From contig JBCCHT010000010.1 in the NCBI GenBank assembly GCA_039028615.1, positions 64,001 to 128,000 of the forward strand: a stretch of DNA of 64,000 nucleotides, given 5' to 3'. Of this stretch, positions 39,255-49,503 are shown one piece after another; position 1 is the stretch's first letter; each line of letters opens with the position of its first letter. The DNA is from Myxococcota bacterium. GTDB lineage: Bacteria > Myxococcota_A > Polyangia > Nannocystales > Nannocystaceae. A program made the translations under genes and the position numbers. Under the pieces are notes generated by a model. That model had not been told where the DNA came from. It did no database searches and saw nothing but the letters and a program-made list of their open reading frames with translations.

Positions 39255-40181
39255 TCACAGAGTGGCCATCGCAACTTCGGTTGTGGTGAGCACGTGTTGG
39301 TCGACCACTTTGCCGTCGATGGTGATGAAGCGGATGTCCAAGGTCTCGGCCGTGGCCTCCACCAACATGGCGCCGTGGGAATCGCGATATCGCACCCGAC
39401 TGCCGGGCAGCGGCCGACCTACCGGATACCGGGTCGGATTGCCGCCCAGTCCGTTGACGAAGTACGCCACGCCGTCGAGCTCCAGCCGCTCGTAGTGGTG
39501 GTCGTGGCCCCCCATGACGGCGTCGGCACCCCACTGCGCGAAGGGCCAACGCATCCCCTCGGAAGACCCATGGTCTCCCGAGGAATACGGGGGGTGATGC
39601 ATGTAGACGAGCTGCCAGGGCAGGGTGGAGGCGCTCATGCGTTCCTGTAGCCAGCGGCCCTGATCGGAGCCGGCGTCGTTGCCATCCGGTTCGTGCCAGT
39701 CGCTGTCGAGCGCAAACAAATGCACGGGTCCCCAGCGCAGGTCGTAGTAGCGCTCGTTGCCCGGCAGCGAGAAGTACTCGAGGTAGGGCCACGCGTTGCG
39801 CGTGCGCCAGTCGTGGTTGCCCAGCGCGGGGAAGAAGCGATTGGTGTCCGCGCCCTGGCCGTAGCGTCCCTGATAGGGCGAGATGAACGCGTGGTAGTAC
39901 TGCCCGACGTTGTCGTCGATGGTGGTCTCACGCCCGTTGGGATAGTTGTTGTCGCCCAGGGTGATGATGAACTCGGGGTCCCACGACGCGACCAGCTTCG
40001 CCACCGCGGCCTCGTCGGGTCCCTGCAGCCCGTAGTCGCCAATCACCGCGAAGCGGACCTGGTCGCCGGGGTGAGCGACGATGAGTTCGGGTCCCCGCGG
40101 CAGGTCGGCCGGCCCACACGCGCCCGCGGCGACGAGCAGGCTCAGGCCAATGGTTCGGAGCGAGCACGTCGAGCGAGGCAT
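39255..40181 (-). CDS. Secreted metallophosphoesterase (purple acid phosphatase-like lipoprotein)
   Basis: Lipobox AGAC; GDYG, GDNNY, GNHDW, HHPPYS, GHDHHYER. Confidence 0.9.
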   Translation of the reverse strand: MPRSTCSLRTIGLSLLVAAGACGPADLPRGPELIVAHPGDQVRFAVIGDYGLQGPDEAAVAKLVASWDPEFIITLGDNNYPNGRETTIDDNVGQYYHAFISPYQGRYGQGADTNRFFPALGNHDWRTRNAWPYLEYFSLPGNERYYDLRWGPVHLFALDSDWHEPDGNDAGSDQGRWLQERMSASTLPWQLVYMHHPPYSSGDHGSSEGMRWPFAQWGADAVMGGHDHHYERLELDGVAYFVNGLGGNPTRYPVGRPLPGSRVRYRDSHGAMLVEATAETLDIRFITIDGKVVDQHVLTTTEVAMATL

Positions 40182-40216
40182 GGCCGGGCGAGCATCGCAC
40201 GGCCCGGGGCCAGCGG

Positions 40217-43200
40217 TCAGATCCCGCTGGCGAGTTCCTGCTCGATGATGTCCTTCAACTTGTCGTAGGACTGAGCCCCGGACATCAGGCGACCGTTGAT
40301 GAAGAACGTGGGAGTACCGCGCGCCTCGTTGTCGGTGCAGAGCTTCTGCTGCGTCGTCACCTCGTTGGCGGTGCTGGACGCGTCGAAGTCGGCCTTGAAC
40401 TTGACGGTATCGAGCCCGAGCTCGGCGGCGTAGCCGATGAAGTCGCCCTTGTCGCGCTTGGACTTGTCCTCGAAGAGCTTGTCGTGCATCTCCCAGAACT
40501 TGCCCTGGGCGTGGGCGGCGACCGCGGCCCGGGCGGCGGGCTCGGCCCCCACATGGAACGACAGCGGGTTGTGCAGCCAGTACATCGCGACCTTGCCCTC
40601 GTAGTCGGTCAGCACCCGGTCGAGGGTCGGCGTGGCGCGCTTGCAGAAGGGGCAGTCGAAGTCGCCACACTCGACGATCTCGACGCGCACGAAGCCCGTG
40701 GCGCCCTTGCGGGGCAGCCCGGTGGTGTCGATGGTGTGCCGCGTCTCGCTGGCGGTGGTGGTGACCGGGGTCGTGGTCTCGGCGATGACCTCCGACGCGA
40801 AGTGGGCGGTCATGCCTTCGTAGAGGTCCTTGCGGGTGTTGCCGCGGCGCTCGACGTAACGCACGGCTCGGCTTTGCTCTTCGTCGACCACCGTCTCGAA
40901 GCCCTGGATGGGCTGGGCACCCGCCAGGTGCCGGCCGTTGACGAAGAACGCGGGCGTGCCCACCACGCCGAACTTCTTGGCGTCTCGCAGGTCCCGCTGC
41001 ACCACGGCGGCGGTCTCGGCGTCGCTGAAGTCACGATCGAAGCGCACCAGGTCGAGCCCGATCTCGTCGGCCAGCAGCCGCACCTGGCTCTCGCTCAGCC
41101 GACTGTTGTTGTCGAAGAGCTTGTCGTGCATCTCCCAGAACTTGTCCTGGCGCCCCGCCGCCACCGCGGCGCGAGCGGCCATCTCGGCCTGGTCATGCAT
41201 GGGCAGGGGGTTGTGCCGAAACACCAGCCGCACCTCGGGGTTCTTGGCCAGCAACGCGTCGAGCGTGGGCAGCACCCGCTTGCAGTAGGGGCACTGGAAG
41301 TCGCCGAACATCACCACCGTGACCAAGGCGTTGTCCGGGCCGCGCACGGGGGGCTCGCTGCCCAGGGGCACCGCGTAGTTGACGTTCGACTCGGGGCGGC
41401 CCTTGGCGGTACCGGCTGGCGTGGTGTTCGGCCAGATGTCGTCGACATAGGGGACGGGGCTGGGCTCGGGCTCGTCGAGCACCTTGACCGGGGTTCCGTC
41501 GCCGCCTTCGTCCCCGGACTTGGCGTCCTGGCTGCACTCGTTCACCGCTTTGAGGGTGGTGGCGGCGAGGATGCAGTCGATCTCGGTGTCGGTGGTGTCG
41601 TCGCCGAGGCACTCGTCCATGAGCTCGTGGCGACGCTCGAACATGTCGTCCTCGAAGCCCACGGCGGCCAGCTCGGTCTTCATGAGGTCGACGACGTGGT
41701 CGATGAGCTCGTTGCAGCGCTTGTAGCGACGGTTGCGAGCCAGGTCCTCGGCGACCTCTTCGCCGATGACCTTCATCAGGCCCCGGGTGAGGTCGGCCAG
41801 CGCATGCTCGCTCGAGGTGTGCAGGGTGGTGCGGAACACGAAGGTGCGGCCCGACTGCTCACCGCGGAGCGTGAGCACCTCGAGCATGGAGTACACGGGC
41901 TTCCACTTGTCCATGTCCTCCTTGTCGTCCTCGTCGAGCTGGCTGCGGACCTCGGCGAGGAGCTCGCGGATGTCGAGCATGCCGGAGACCAGGCCGCCCT
42001 TCTTGGTGGCCTTTTTGATGACGTCGATGCGGGGGTCCTTGCGGAAGGACTCGCCCGTGCCCTTGATGAACGCCGCGAGGTCGACCTTGCCGATGGCGCC
42101 CCACAGCACGCCCTCGTGGATGAAGTACTGGAGCTTGGGTTTGTCGTCGACGACGTAGATGGTGGTGCCGGCGACCTGGTCGAGCTCGAGGTCGAGCTCG
42201 CCCTCCATGCGGCCGTAGAAGCGCTCGGCCGTCTTGCGCGCGGCCTCGCCGTCGCGCAGGCCCGCCCACATGATGGCGCCGAAGTCCTCGAGCTCTCCGT
42301 CCTCGGGGGGCAGGTTGTGCAGCGCGAAGCCGTACTGTCCGTCGAGGTTGTCGATGAGGTCGGTGCGGATGTCGAGCCCGGTCTCCTCGCGGAAATCGTT
42401 CTCGAACCCGGTGAGGGCCAGGGGACCGCTGAGGCCGAAGCCGCCCTCGAGCTGCTTGGGGTCGAAGATGCCATCGACGACGGCGAGCACGGGCTTGGGC
42501 AGGCGGTCGATGAGGTCGGTGCCGCGCTCGAGCTTCGCGAACATCTCCACCGCCTTGACGTCCTCGCGGAGGATCGTCTGGAAGGACAGGTGCAGGCGCG
42601 GGCCATCGTCGGACAGCATCACCGCCATGCCGTCGAGGTCGGCCAGGGCCATGCGGGCGGCCATGAGCTCCATGCCCTTGCCGGGCAGAGCGGCACGACC
42701 GGACTGCCCGTCGACGTACATGCCCACGAGGATCTTGCCCTTCTCGCGCTTGATCTCGCCGAAGCCGGGCCGGTCGGCCAGCGACTCGCCCTTCTTGGTC
42801 TGGGCCACGCGCTTGGCGTTGCTCTCGACCTCTTCGGAGGAGCCGCCGGTCACGAAGATGACGCGCTTGTCCGAGAGCAGGGCGGCGACGGCGATGGGCT
42901 CGTCGAGCCACAGACCCGGGGTCTCGGCGTAGCTGCGCTCGATCCAGCGCAGGTCGTCCTCGGCCCCGAGCAGCTCGGCTGCCTTGGACGAGATGGCCTT
43001 GCGCATCGCGTCCTTGTCTTTGAGACCGACCGACACGGCGACGCCACCGTCTCCGTCGAGCAGCGCCACGCCCATGGGCTCGTCGATGTCGAAGCCCCAC
43101 GAGGTGTAGCTCTCGGGATCGAAGGGATCCATGCCGAGCTCTTCTTCGAGCTCGGTGCGGATGGGCTCGGGGACCTCGTCGCCGAACAGCTCGAGCGAGC

Positions 43201-44173
43201 TTCGGGGCGAGGACACGGCGAGCATGCCGACGGTGTCCTCGGGCAGCTCGCGGGCGAGCTGCTGCATGAACGCCTGGCTACGCCCGGTGATGAGCGAGAC
43301 GATGCCGTAGATCAATCCACCGAGCAGGCCGGCGGCCACGAGCCCGAGCACCACGCGAATGACGAGACGGCGTCGGGCACCGGGCTCGACGGGGGCGCGC
43401 CGCTTGGCGCTGCGGGGCTGGGCGTCGCCGAGCTTGATCACCGCGTTGGCCACGGGCGCCGAGTGGGTGGCGACGACGGGGGAGGGGACGCCTGCGGGAA
43501 TGGGGGCGCTGGCGGCCACGGGAGCTTCGGCCACGGGCGCTCCGGGGGCGGGCGCGGCCACGGGCTCGCTGGCGGGCTCGGGCGCGGCAGCCACGGGCGC
43601 TTCGGGAGCGGGCGCGGACGTGTCGAAGCCGGGGGCGGTGGGCGCGAGGGCGGCCGGGGTTCGCACGGGGATGGGCCCCCCGGGCGCTGGCGCGGGACCG
43701 ACCAGCGTCCCGCCGCCCGCGGAACCCTGCGGTGCCGTCCCGGAGGACGACGCATGAGACGTGGGCGCGTCGCCATCGTCGGAGGCGATCGCGGTGGACG
43801 GCAGCGTCGACGACGAGCGCGGATCGGGCTCGGACTCGCTGCCCGAGGCGGTCCCTCCGGACAGGGGGGCGTCCGCCCCGAGGATCTCCACGAGGGTGAT
43901 GTCGGTGGTGCCGCAGCGGAAGCTCTGACCCTGGTACAGGGCGAACTGAGGCAGCCGCTTGCCTTCGCGCAACGTGCCGTTGCGACTACCGAGGTCGCGG
44001 ACGATCACGTGGCCCTTGGTGAACTCGATCTCGGCATGCAGCGCCGAGGCCTCGGGGTCACGAAGGAGAATGTCGCCGGATTCCCGCCCCACGATCGTGC
44101 GGCCCGGACCCAGGGTCACGAGCTCGGGTTCACGATCCGGGAAGCGGAGCTGAAGGGTGATCTTGGGTGACAG
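40217..44173 (-). CDS. FHA domain - linker - TM - DUF3352-like domain - two DsbA/thioredoxin domains
   Basis: FHA (VGR, S..HA, DLGSRNGT); DFQCPYC and DFDCPFC each with GTP.FF.NGR; start is CTG 44173 (inferred) or GTG 44119. Confidence 0.85.
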   Translation of the reverse strand: MSPKITLQLRFPDREPELVTLGPGRTIVGRESGDILLRDPEASALHAEIEFTKGHVIVRDLGSRNGTLREGKRLPQFALYQGQSFRCGTTDITLVEILGADAPLSGGTASGSESEPDPRSSSTLPSTAIASDDGDAPTSHASSSGTAPQGSAGGGTLVGPAPAPGGPIPVRTPAALAPTAPGFDTSAPAPEAPVAAAPEPASEPVAAPAPGAPVAEAPVAASAPIPAGVPSPVVATHSAPVANAVIKLGDAQPRSAKRRAPVEPGARRRLVIRVVLGLVAAGLLGGLIYGIVSLITGRSQAFMQQLARELPEDTVGMLAVSSPRSSLELFGDEVPEPIRTELEEELGMDPFDPESYTSWGFDIDEPMGVALLDGDGGVAVSVGLKDKDAMRKAISSKAAELLGAEDDLRWIERSYAETPGLWLDEPIAVAALLSDKRVIFVTGGSSEEVESNAKRVAQTKKGESLADRPGFGEIKREKGKILVGMYVDGQSGRAALPGKGMELMAARMALADLDGMAVMLSDDGPRLHLSFQTILREDVKAVEMFAKLERGTDLIDRLPKPVLAVVDGIFDPKQLEGGFGLSGPLALTGFENDFREETGLDIRTDLIDNLDGQYGFALHNLPPEDGELEDFGAIMWAGLRDGEAARKTAERFYGRMEGELDLELDQVAGTTIYVVDDKPKLQYFIHEGVLWGAIGKVDLAAFIKGTGESFRKDPRIDVIKKATKKGGLVSGMLDIRELLAEVRSQLDEDDKEDMDKWKPVYSMLEVLTLRGEQSGRTFVFRTTLHTSSEHALADLTRGLMKVIGEEVAEDLARNRRYKRCNELIDHVVDLMKTELAAVGFEDDMFERRHELMDECLGDDTTDTEIDCILAATTLKAVNECSQDAKSGDEGGDGTPVKVLDEPEPSPVPYVDDIWPNTTPAGTAKGRPESNVNYAVPLGSEPPVRGPDNALVTVVMFGDFQCPYCKRVLPTLDALLAKNPEVRLVFRHNPLPMHDQAEMAARAAVAAGRQDKFWEMHDKLFDNNSRLSESQVRLLADEIGLDLVRFDRDFSDAETAAVVQRDLRDAKKFGVVGTPAFFVNGRHLAGAQPIQGFETVVDEEQSRAVRYVERRGNTRKDLYEGMTAHFASEVIAETTTPVTTTASETRHTIDTTGLPRKGATGFVRVEIVECGDFDCPFCKRATPTLDRVLTDYEGKVAMYWLHNPLSFHVGAEPAARAAVAAHAQGKFWEMHDKLFEDKSKRDKGDFIGYAAELGLDTVKFKADFDASSTANEVTTQQKLCTDNEARGTPTFFINGRLMSGAQSYDKLKDIIEQELASGI

Positions 44174-44347
44174 GGCGCTCGCTCCCGGTGGGTTGGCTTA
44201 CGAACGAAGTGGCTTGCAGTATTCCAGCGGCCCCCGTCCCGCGCAAGCGCGCGCAGCACCGTGATCGGGGCCACCGTCGCGCGTGCCACCGCGCGACCGA
44301 AGGTTTCGGTTTGCTCGGATCGGGACGCCTGGACGCAGCCTGTTAGC

Positions 44348-45682
44348 ATGCCGGTCGTGGAGCGCACGGTTCCCTACGGCGCCAGTGGAATACCCATCCG
44401 CACCTTGTGGGCCGAAGTCGTCGAGGGCCCCCAGACCGGTATGCGAACGGTGGTCTCGAGCGATCGCCTGACGGTGGGGACGGCCCAGGGCAACCACCTC
44501 CAGCTCGGCGATCCCACGGTGTCGCGGTATCACGCCGAGCTGTCGCCGGCACCGGAAGGGATCGAGGTCGTGGATTGCGGCTCGACCAACGGGATCGTGG
44601 CCCATGGGGTTCGGGTCCACCGAGCGATCGTCGCGCCCGGCAGTCGGCTGCGCCTGGGCGCCAGTGTGATCCAGGTCGCCGAGGGGGATGCGGTGACCGT
44701 GGAGGTGTTGCCCGACGAAGCGCTGGCCGGCCTGCGCGGCCGCAGCCCGCTGATGCGGCGGCTCATGGCTCAGATTCGTCAGGTCGCGGGCTCGCAGGTC
44801 TCGGTCCTGGTGCATGGCCCGTCGGGCACGGGCAAGGAGCTCATCGCCCAGGCGGTGCACGAGCTCGGCCCCCGGGCGGCGCAGCCCTTCATCACCGTCG
44901 ACTGCGCGGCGCTCATGCCCACCCTCATCGCCAGCGAGCTGTTCGGGCACGAGCGCGGGGCGTTCACCGGAGCCGATCAACGCCACGTCGGCGCGTTCGA
45001 GCGAGCCCACGGCGGCACCTTGTTCCTCGACGAGGTGGGAGAGCTGCCCCCCGCGCTGCAGGCCAACCTCCTCGGGGTGCTCGAGCGTCGCCGCTTTCGT
45101 CGGCTGGGCGGGCGCGAGGAGATTTCGGTCGACGTCCGCGTGGTCTCGGCGACCAACCGCGACCTGCGGTCCGAGGTCAACGCGGGCAGCTTTCGTCTCG
45201 ACCTCTACTATCGCCTGGCGGTGGTGCGCCTCGACGTGGCTCCGCTGGCCGAGCGTCGCGAGGACATTCCCTTGCTGGTCGAGCACTTCCTGCGCGAGTG
45301 CGGCCACGCCGGGCCCGTCCAGGAGCTCATCTCCGATCCGGCCATGGACGCGCTGATGCAGCATCGGTGGCCGGGCAACGTGCGAGAGCTTCGGAACCTG
45401 GTGGAGGCCACGGTGGCCATGGGGGAGACCCCGCCCCTGCACGACCCCGGCGACGAGCCCTTGGCCGGAGGCGCCACCGCGTCGCCCCCGGACGACGTCT
45501 TTGGCGAGGTGCTGGGCCACTCCTATAAGGACGCGCGGCGAGAGGTCCTGTTGCGCTTCGAGTCGCGGTATCTGGGCGACCTGCTGGAGCGGGCGGGCGG
45601 CAACGTCTCCAAGGCGGCGCGCCTGGCTGCCATGGATCGCTCCTATCTCATCGATCTCCTGCGTCGACACGGCCTGCGCTGA
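44348..45682 (+). CDS. FHA-domain sigma-54-dependent transcriptional activator
   Basis: FHA (VSRYHA, GSTNG), [32 protein letters not shown], Fis-type HTH. Confidence 0.95.
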   Translation: MPVVERTVPYGASGIPIRTLWAEVVEGPQTGMRTVVSSDRLTVGTAQGNHLQLGDPTVSRYHAELSPAPEGIEVVDCGSTNGIVAHGVRVHRAIVAPGSRLRLGASVIQVAEGDAVTVEVLPDEALAGLRGRSPLMRRLMAQIRQVAGSQVSVLVHGPSGTGKELIAQAVHELGPRAAQPFITVDCAALMPTLIASELFGHERGAFTGADQRHVGAFERAHGGTLFLDEVGELPPALQANLLGVLERRRFRRLGGREEISVDVRVVSATNRDLRSEVNAGSFRLDLYYRLAVVRLDVAPLAERREDIPLLVEHFLRECGHAGPVQELISDPAMDALMQHRWPGNVRELRNLVEATVAMGETPPLHDPGDEPLAGGATASPPDDVFGEVLGHSYKDARREVLLRFESRYLGDLLERAGGNVSKAARLAAMDRSYLIDLLRRHGLR

Positions 45683-45685
45683 GCG

Positions 45686-46384
45686 CTACTCGGGCTCGCT
45701 GCACAGCGGGTCGACGTCGTTGGTCTGGGCGGACTCCCCCGAGCAGTTCGGCTCGAGGGCGAACATCGGGTTGCTGGCGCATCGGTGGACCTCGTCCATG
45801 CACCGCACGTTCGAGACGTCGAGCTCCAGCGGGATCTCGCCCTCGAAGCCGCCGAGCACCACCGGGCAGCTGTACACGCAGCCCATGAGCGTCTCGCAGG
45901 CGAACTCCTCGCCCTGGGCCTCCACGTCGGCTTCGGTGCCCGCGATCACGGTGGCGCGGATGATGACGGGATCATCGAGGGGCAAGTCGGGCACGCGTTG
46001 CCCGGACAGCGCCTCGCGTGCCTGTTCGACCGCGCGCAGCAGGTTGCGGTCTTCGCCGACCGGGAGCTCGTAGATGGAGCGTCGGTCGAGGTCGGGGCTG
46101 CAGTCGTGCGTGGGGTCGGCACACCAGCTCTCGAGCGCGGTGGGGCGACAGCGCGGGACGCCCCCGAGCGGAATGACGTCGACCACGACGCTGAGCACGG
46201 GCGGGTCCCGGTCGTAGACCCGGCAGGCCATCAGGCGCCCCTGTTCGTCGATGCAGTCGAAGCCGCGGGGGGCCTGCTCGTCGGGCATGGTCACGCTGCC
46301 GAGCACGAGCTCCACGTGGCGGACCTCGGCTTCGCAGCCCGCGAGCGCCATTACACCCGCGACGACGGCCCGCCCTCGGATCAC
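45686..46384 (-). CDS. Cys-rich hypothetical lipoprotein
   Basis: Lipobox LAGC; GTGA overlap with the upstream PEGA gene. Confidence 0.65.
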   Translation of the reverse strand: MIRGRAVVAGVMALAGCEAEVRHVELVLGSVTMPDEQAPRGFDCIDEQGRLMACRVYDRDPPVLSVVVDVIPLGGVPRCRPTALESWCADPTHDCSPDLDRRSIYELPVGEDRNLLRAVEQAREALSGQRVPDLPLDDPVIIRATVIAGTEADVEAQGEEFACETLMGCVYSCPVVLGGFEGEIPLELDVSNVRCMDEVHRCASNPMFALEPNCSGESAQTNDVDPLCSEPE

Positions 46385-47565
46385 TGGAACTGCACCTCGG
46401 TGCGCGGCGGTGGCTGCTGCAGCACGATTGCCGTGATCCCGGCTGCTCCCGCCGCGGTCAGGCCGATCGCCAGCCAAAAACCCCACCGTCGCACCAGCGG
46501 CTTGGGCGGGGCCAGCACTTCGCCCTGGACCAGCAGGTCTTCGAGCAGCGCGGGGGCGACCGTGGGCAGCTCCTCGTGGGCGGCCTGGCGCTCGGTTCTC
46601 GCCGCGATGCGATCGTCGATCGCCAGCACGCCGCGTAACTCGACGCCTTGGTCGCCCTCGGCGGTGACCAGCAACAAGCGCTGGGCCCGGACCGCCCGCG
46701 CGAGCAAGCGAACGGAGTGCGCGGAGTCGATGGCAGGGGAGCCGGCGTAGCGGGTGGACCACTGGCGGGCCACTTCCACCGGAGGTGCGGGCGTCAGGGT
46801 GAGCGTCTCGGTCGTGCCCGTCGCGGGCACCTTGATCCGCTGCACCAGCGGCTGGCTTCCCGTCGCGTGCACGCGCACCACGTGGTCGCCTGCGGGCAGG
46901 TCGAGGTCGCAGGGGCTCGTGCAGCTCGAGGGGCGGCCGTCCACCGAGACGGTGGCGCGCGAGGGCTCGGTCTGCAGGGCCAGCGTGGCCGGGGCACGCT
47001 GGCTCACCGTGACCATGGCGCGGCCCAGGACCGCCTCGACCTCAGGAGTCACCGCTTCCACATCGGACGGAATCTCGAGGTCGTAGACGGCAAAGTGCTC
47101 GGCGACCCGCTCCGCCCGCTCGGTCTGGGCCGCTCCCACGTAGCAGGCCAGGCGCCACAGCAACAGCCGGCTGACGGTGGTGCGTCGGTTGTCGCCGAGC
47201 AGCGTGGTCTCCAGGCTCTCGCCCACCAGCGCCTGCTGGCAGCCCTCGAAGTCGGCCTCGATGTAGCGGGCCCGCGCGGTGGCCAGGCGATCTTCGAAAC
47301 CCAGGCGCGGCACGGCGACGGCGGGCAGCGGCGGCAGCTCGGCGAAGCGAAGCTCAACGGGAAGCTCCGAGTCCTCCAGCACCTGCCGTAGCTCGGGCTC
47401 GAGCCCTTCGTCCGCCTGCACCACGATGGTCACGGGAGGACCGGTGGGCGGCGGCGGTCTTCGTCCCGCGCAACCGGTGCCCACCGAAGTCCAGACCAAC
47501 AGCGAGCCGAGCCCCGTCACACCGATGCGGCGGGATGCCGCCCGGGCCCAGTTGCGTCGAGGCAC
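46381..47565 (-). CDS. PEGA-domain lipoprotein with C-terminal TM
   Basis: T.P..ATV.VDG...SP...LPAGDH.V.V PEGA motif; RRWGFW plus TM tail typical of myxobacterial PEGA proteins. Confidence 0.8.
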   Translation of the reverse strand: MPRRNWARAASRRIGVTGLGSLLVWTSVGTGCAGRRPPPPTGPPVTIVVQADEGLEPELRQVLEDSELPVELRFAELPPLPAVAVPRLGFEDRLATARARYIEADFEGCQQALVGESLETTLLGDNRRTTVSRLLLWRLACYVGAAQTERAERVAEHFAVYDLEIPSDVEAVTPEVEAVLGRAMVTVSQRAPATLALQTEPSRATVSVDGRPSSCTSPCDLDLPAGDHVVRVHATGSQPLVQRIKVPATGTTETLTLTPAPPVEVARQWSTRYAGSPAIDSAHSVRLLARAVRAQRLLLVTAEGDQGVELRGVLAIDDRIAARTERQAAHEELPTVAPALLEDLLVQGEVLAPPKPLVRRWGFWLAIGLTAAGAAGITAIVLQQPPPRTEVQFQ

Positions 47566-47642
47566 CGCGAGATCCTATCAGGCCCCAGGCGGGCCCAGGG
47601 CGGCGAGTTCTGCCCTTGAGCGTGCGTGCTATAGAAACGTCG

Positions 47643-49376
47643 GTGGAGCTCGGGCGCTACCGGGTGTTGCGGCCGATCGGGCGGGGAGGCATGGCCGAGG
47701 TGCTCGAGGCCGTCGCCGAGGGGGCCGAGGGCTTCCAGCGACGGGTCGCGATCAAGCGGCTGCTGCCCGGCCACGAGCAAGATGCGGCCTTGGTCGGCAT
47801 GTTCGTCGACGAGGCCCGCATCGCCAGCCGCCTGCACCACGGCAACATCGTCTCCGTCTTCGACTACGGCATCGTCGACGGTCAGCCCTTTCAAGTGCTC
47901 GAGCTGGTCGATGGCCTCGATGCCGGTCAGCTGTGCGCTCGGGGCCGGCAACGTGACACCCCGCTGCCTTTGCCGCTGGCGCTGCACATCGGCACCACCA
48001 TCGGCCATGCCCTGCACCACGCCCACACCGCCACCGACCTCGAGGGGCAACCGCTGGGCATCGTGCATCGCGACGTGAGCCCGGCCAACATCCTGGTCTC
48101 GTGGGACGGCGACGTGCTGCTCACCGACTTCGGCATCGCGTTCGCCAAGCAGCGATCCGAGCGCACCCAGACCGGCATGGCGAAGGGTACGGTGATGTAC
48201 TGGGCGCCCGAGCAAGCCACCGCAGGTCGGGTCGATCCGCGGACCGACGTGTTCGCGCTCGGGGCCACCGTGCACCGACTGATCGTCGGGCGCAGCCCCT
48301 TGGCGGGAGAGAATGCGCTGGCCGATCTGTTGGTCGGTCGGCCCTTGCCGCTCGATCCCTCGCTGCCGCCGGACGTGGCCGAGGTCATCGCGCGGGCCGT
48401 GCAGCGCGACAAAGCCGAGCGTTATGCCGACGCCGGGGCGCTCGCCGCGGCGCTGGGGGCCTGCATGTCCAGTCGGCTCGCCGAGGATCCTCGCAGTGCG
48501 CTGCGGCGCTGGCTCGAGGCCTTGCGCGACCCCGAGCCCGCGCCCGAGCCCGCGCCGCGCGGCCGCTTGGATGCGTTGTTCGACGTGCAGTGGGTGGTGG
48601 CCGGCACCGACGACGGGGTGCGAACCTTCGTGGTCGAGCGCACCTCTCCCGCACCCGCACCCGCGCCCGTACCCGTCGCCACCGACGAGGTGGCTGCGGG
48701 GGGCACCGAGCTCAGCCCGGCCTCGCCGACGACCGACGAGCCCGAGCCTCGCCGCGTGATCGCGGTGGTGATCGCGGTCCTCGGTGTGCTCCTGGTCGGC
48801 GGAGTCGGGGCATGGGCGTGGGCCTCGGGCATGGTCGACGGCGGCGGCGGGCGCTCGGAGTCGAGCATCGCGGCGGCGAGCGAAGAGTCACCGAGCACGC
48901 CGTTGCCGACCGAGGCCGCCGCCGTCGGGTCGACCACGGATTCGACCGCCGCCTCCGACGTCACCTCGGACACCGATGCACTCGGAACCGATGAGACCGC
49001 CGATACGGGTGAGGACGACGACACGGGGAGCAGCACGGGCGCGACTGCGAGCATCGAGCCTCTACCGAAGCGCTCCAGCGGATCCAAACCGTCGGCCAAG
49101 AGTCCGCCGCGCCCGCCGAAGCGCGCCGAGCCATCGTCGCCGTCGGTTGCGGGGGGGCCGGCCTTCGTGCTCATCGGAGGCGCGGGCGCACTGCGGGCGG
49201 AGATCATGGTCGGCGGTCGGTCTCATGGCTTTGCCCCTCGCTTGGTGAAGCTGCCCATGGGCCGACACCGCGTAGTCTTGAGAGATGCCCAAGGAAAAGT
49301 CGTGAGTCAGCGCCAGGTCGACCTGCGTTCCTCACATACCCGCAGCTCGCCGTTGCGTTGGAACGTCGCCCCCTGA
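47643..49376 (+). CDS. Membrane Ser/Thr protein kinase
   Basis: IGRGGMAEV, VAIKR, HRDVSPAN, DFG, APE, DVFALG; TM; PEGA-like C-terminus. Confidence 0.95.
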   Translation: MELGRYRVLRPIGRGGMAEVLEAVAEGAEGFQRRVAIKRLLPGHEQDAALVGMFVDEARIASRLHHGNIVSVFDYGIVDGQPFQVLELVDGLDAGQLCARGRQRDTPLPLPLALHIGTTIGHALHHAHTATDLEGQPLGIVHRDVSPANILVSWDGDVLLTDFGIAFAKQRSERTQTGMAKGTVMYWAPEQATAGRVDPRTDVFALGATVHRLIVGRSPLAGENALADLLVGRPLPLDPSLPPDVAEVIARAVQRDKAERYADAGALAAALGACMSSRLAEDPRSALRRWLEALRDPEPAPEPAPRGRLDALFDVQWVVAGTDDGVRTFVVERTSPAPAPAPVPVATDEVAAGGTELSPASPTTDEPEPRRVIAVVIAVLGVLLVGGVGAWAWASGMVDGGGGRSESSIAAASEESPSTPLPTEAAAVGSTTDSTAASDVTSDTDALGTDETADTGEDDDTGSSTGATASIEPLPKRSSGSKPSAKSPPRPPKRAEPSSPSVAGGPAFVLIGGAGALRAEIMVGGRSHGFAPRLVKLPMGRHRVVLRDAQGKVVSQRQVDLRSSHTRSSPLRWNVAP

Positions 49377-49503
49377 TCGATTCGGCAGACAGACCGCGTC
49401 GGGTTGCCGTATGGTGCGCCCCCGCCTGATGCAATAGACCGGCCGTGGCCGAGGTTGGGCAGGCGCTTCGCTACGGCAGACCCGAGCGAGCAAGGAGCCA
49501 TCG

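Noticed and set aside
40182..40670. Apparent extension or fusion of the phosphatase ORF into the DsbA gene
   Set aside because: Different frame; the DsbA gene has its own stop and the phosphatase its own signal peptide
40484..44170. 1228-aa plus-strand ORF, and similar long antisense ORFs such as 1942..3693, 20252..22237, 55826..58027 and 58929..61175
   Set aside because: Shadow ORFs antisense to well-supported genes; expected from high GC3 and lacking family motifs
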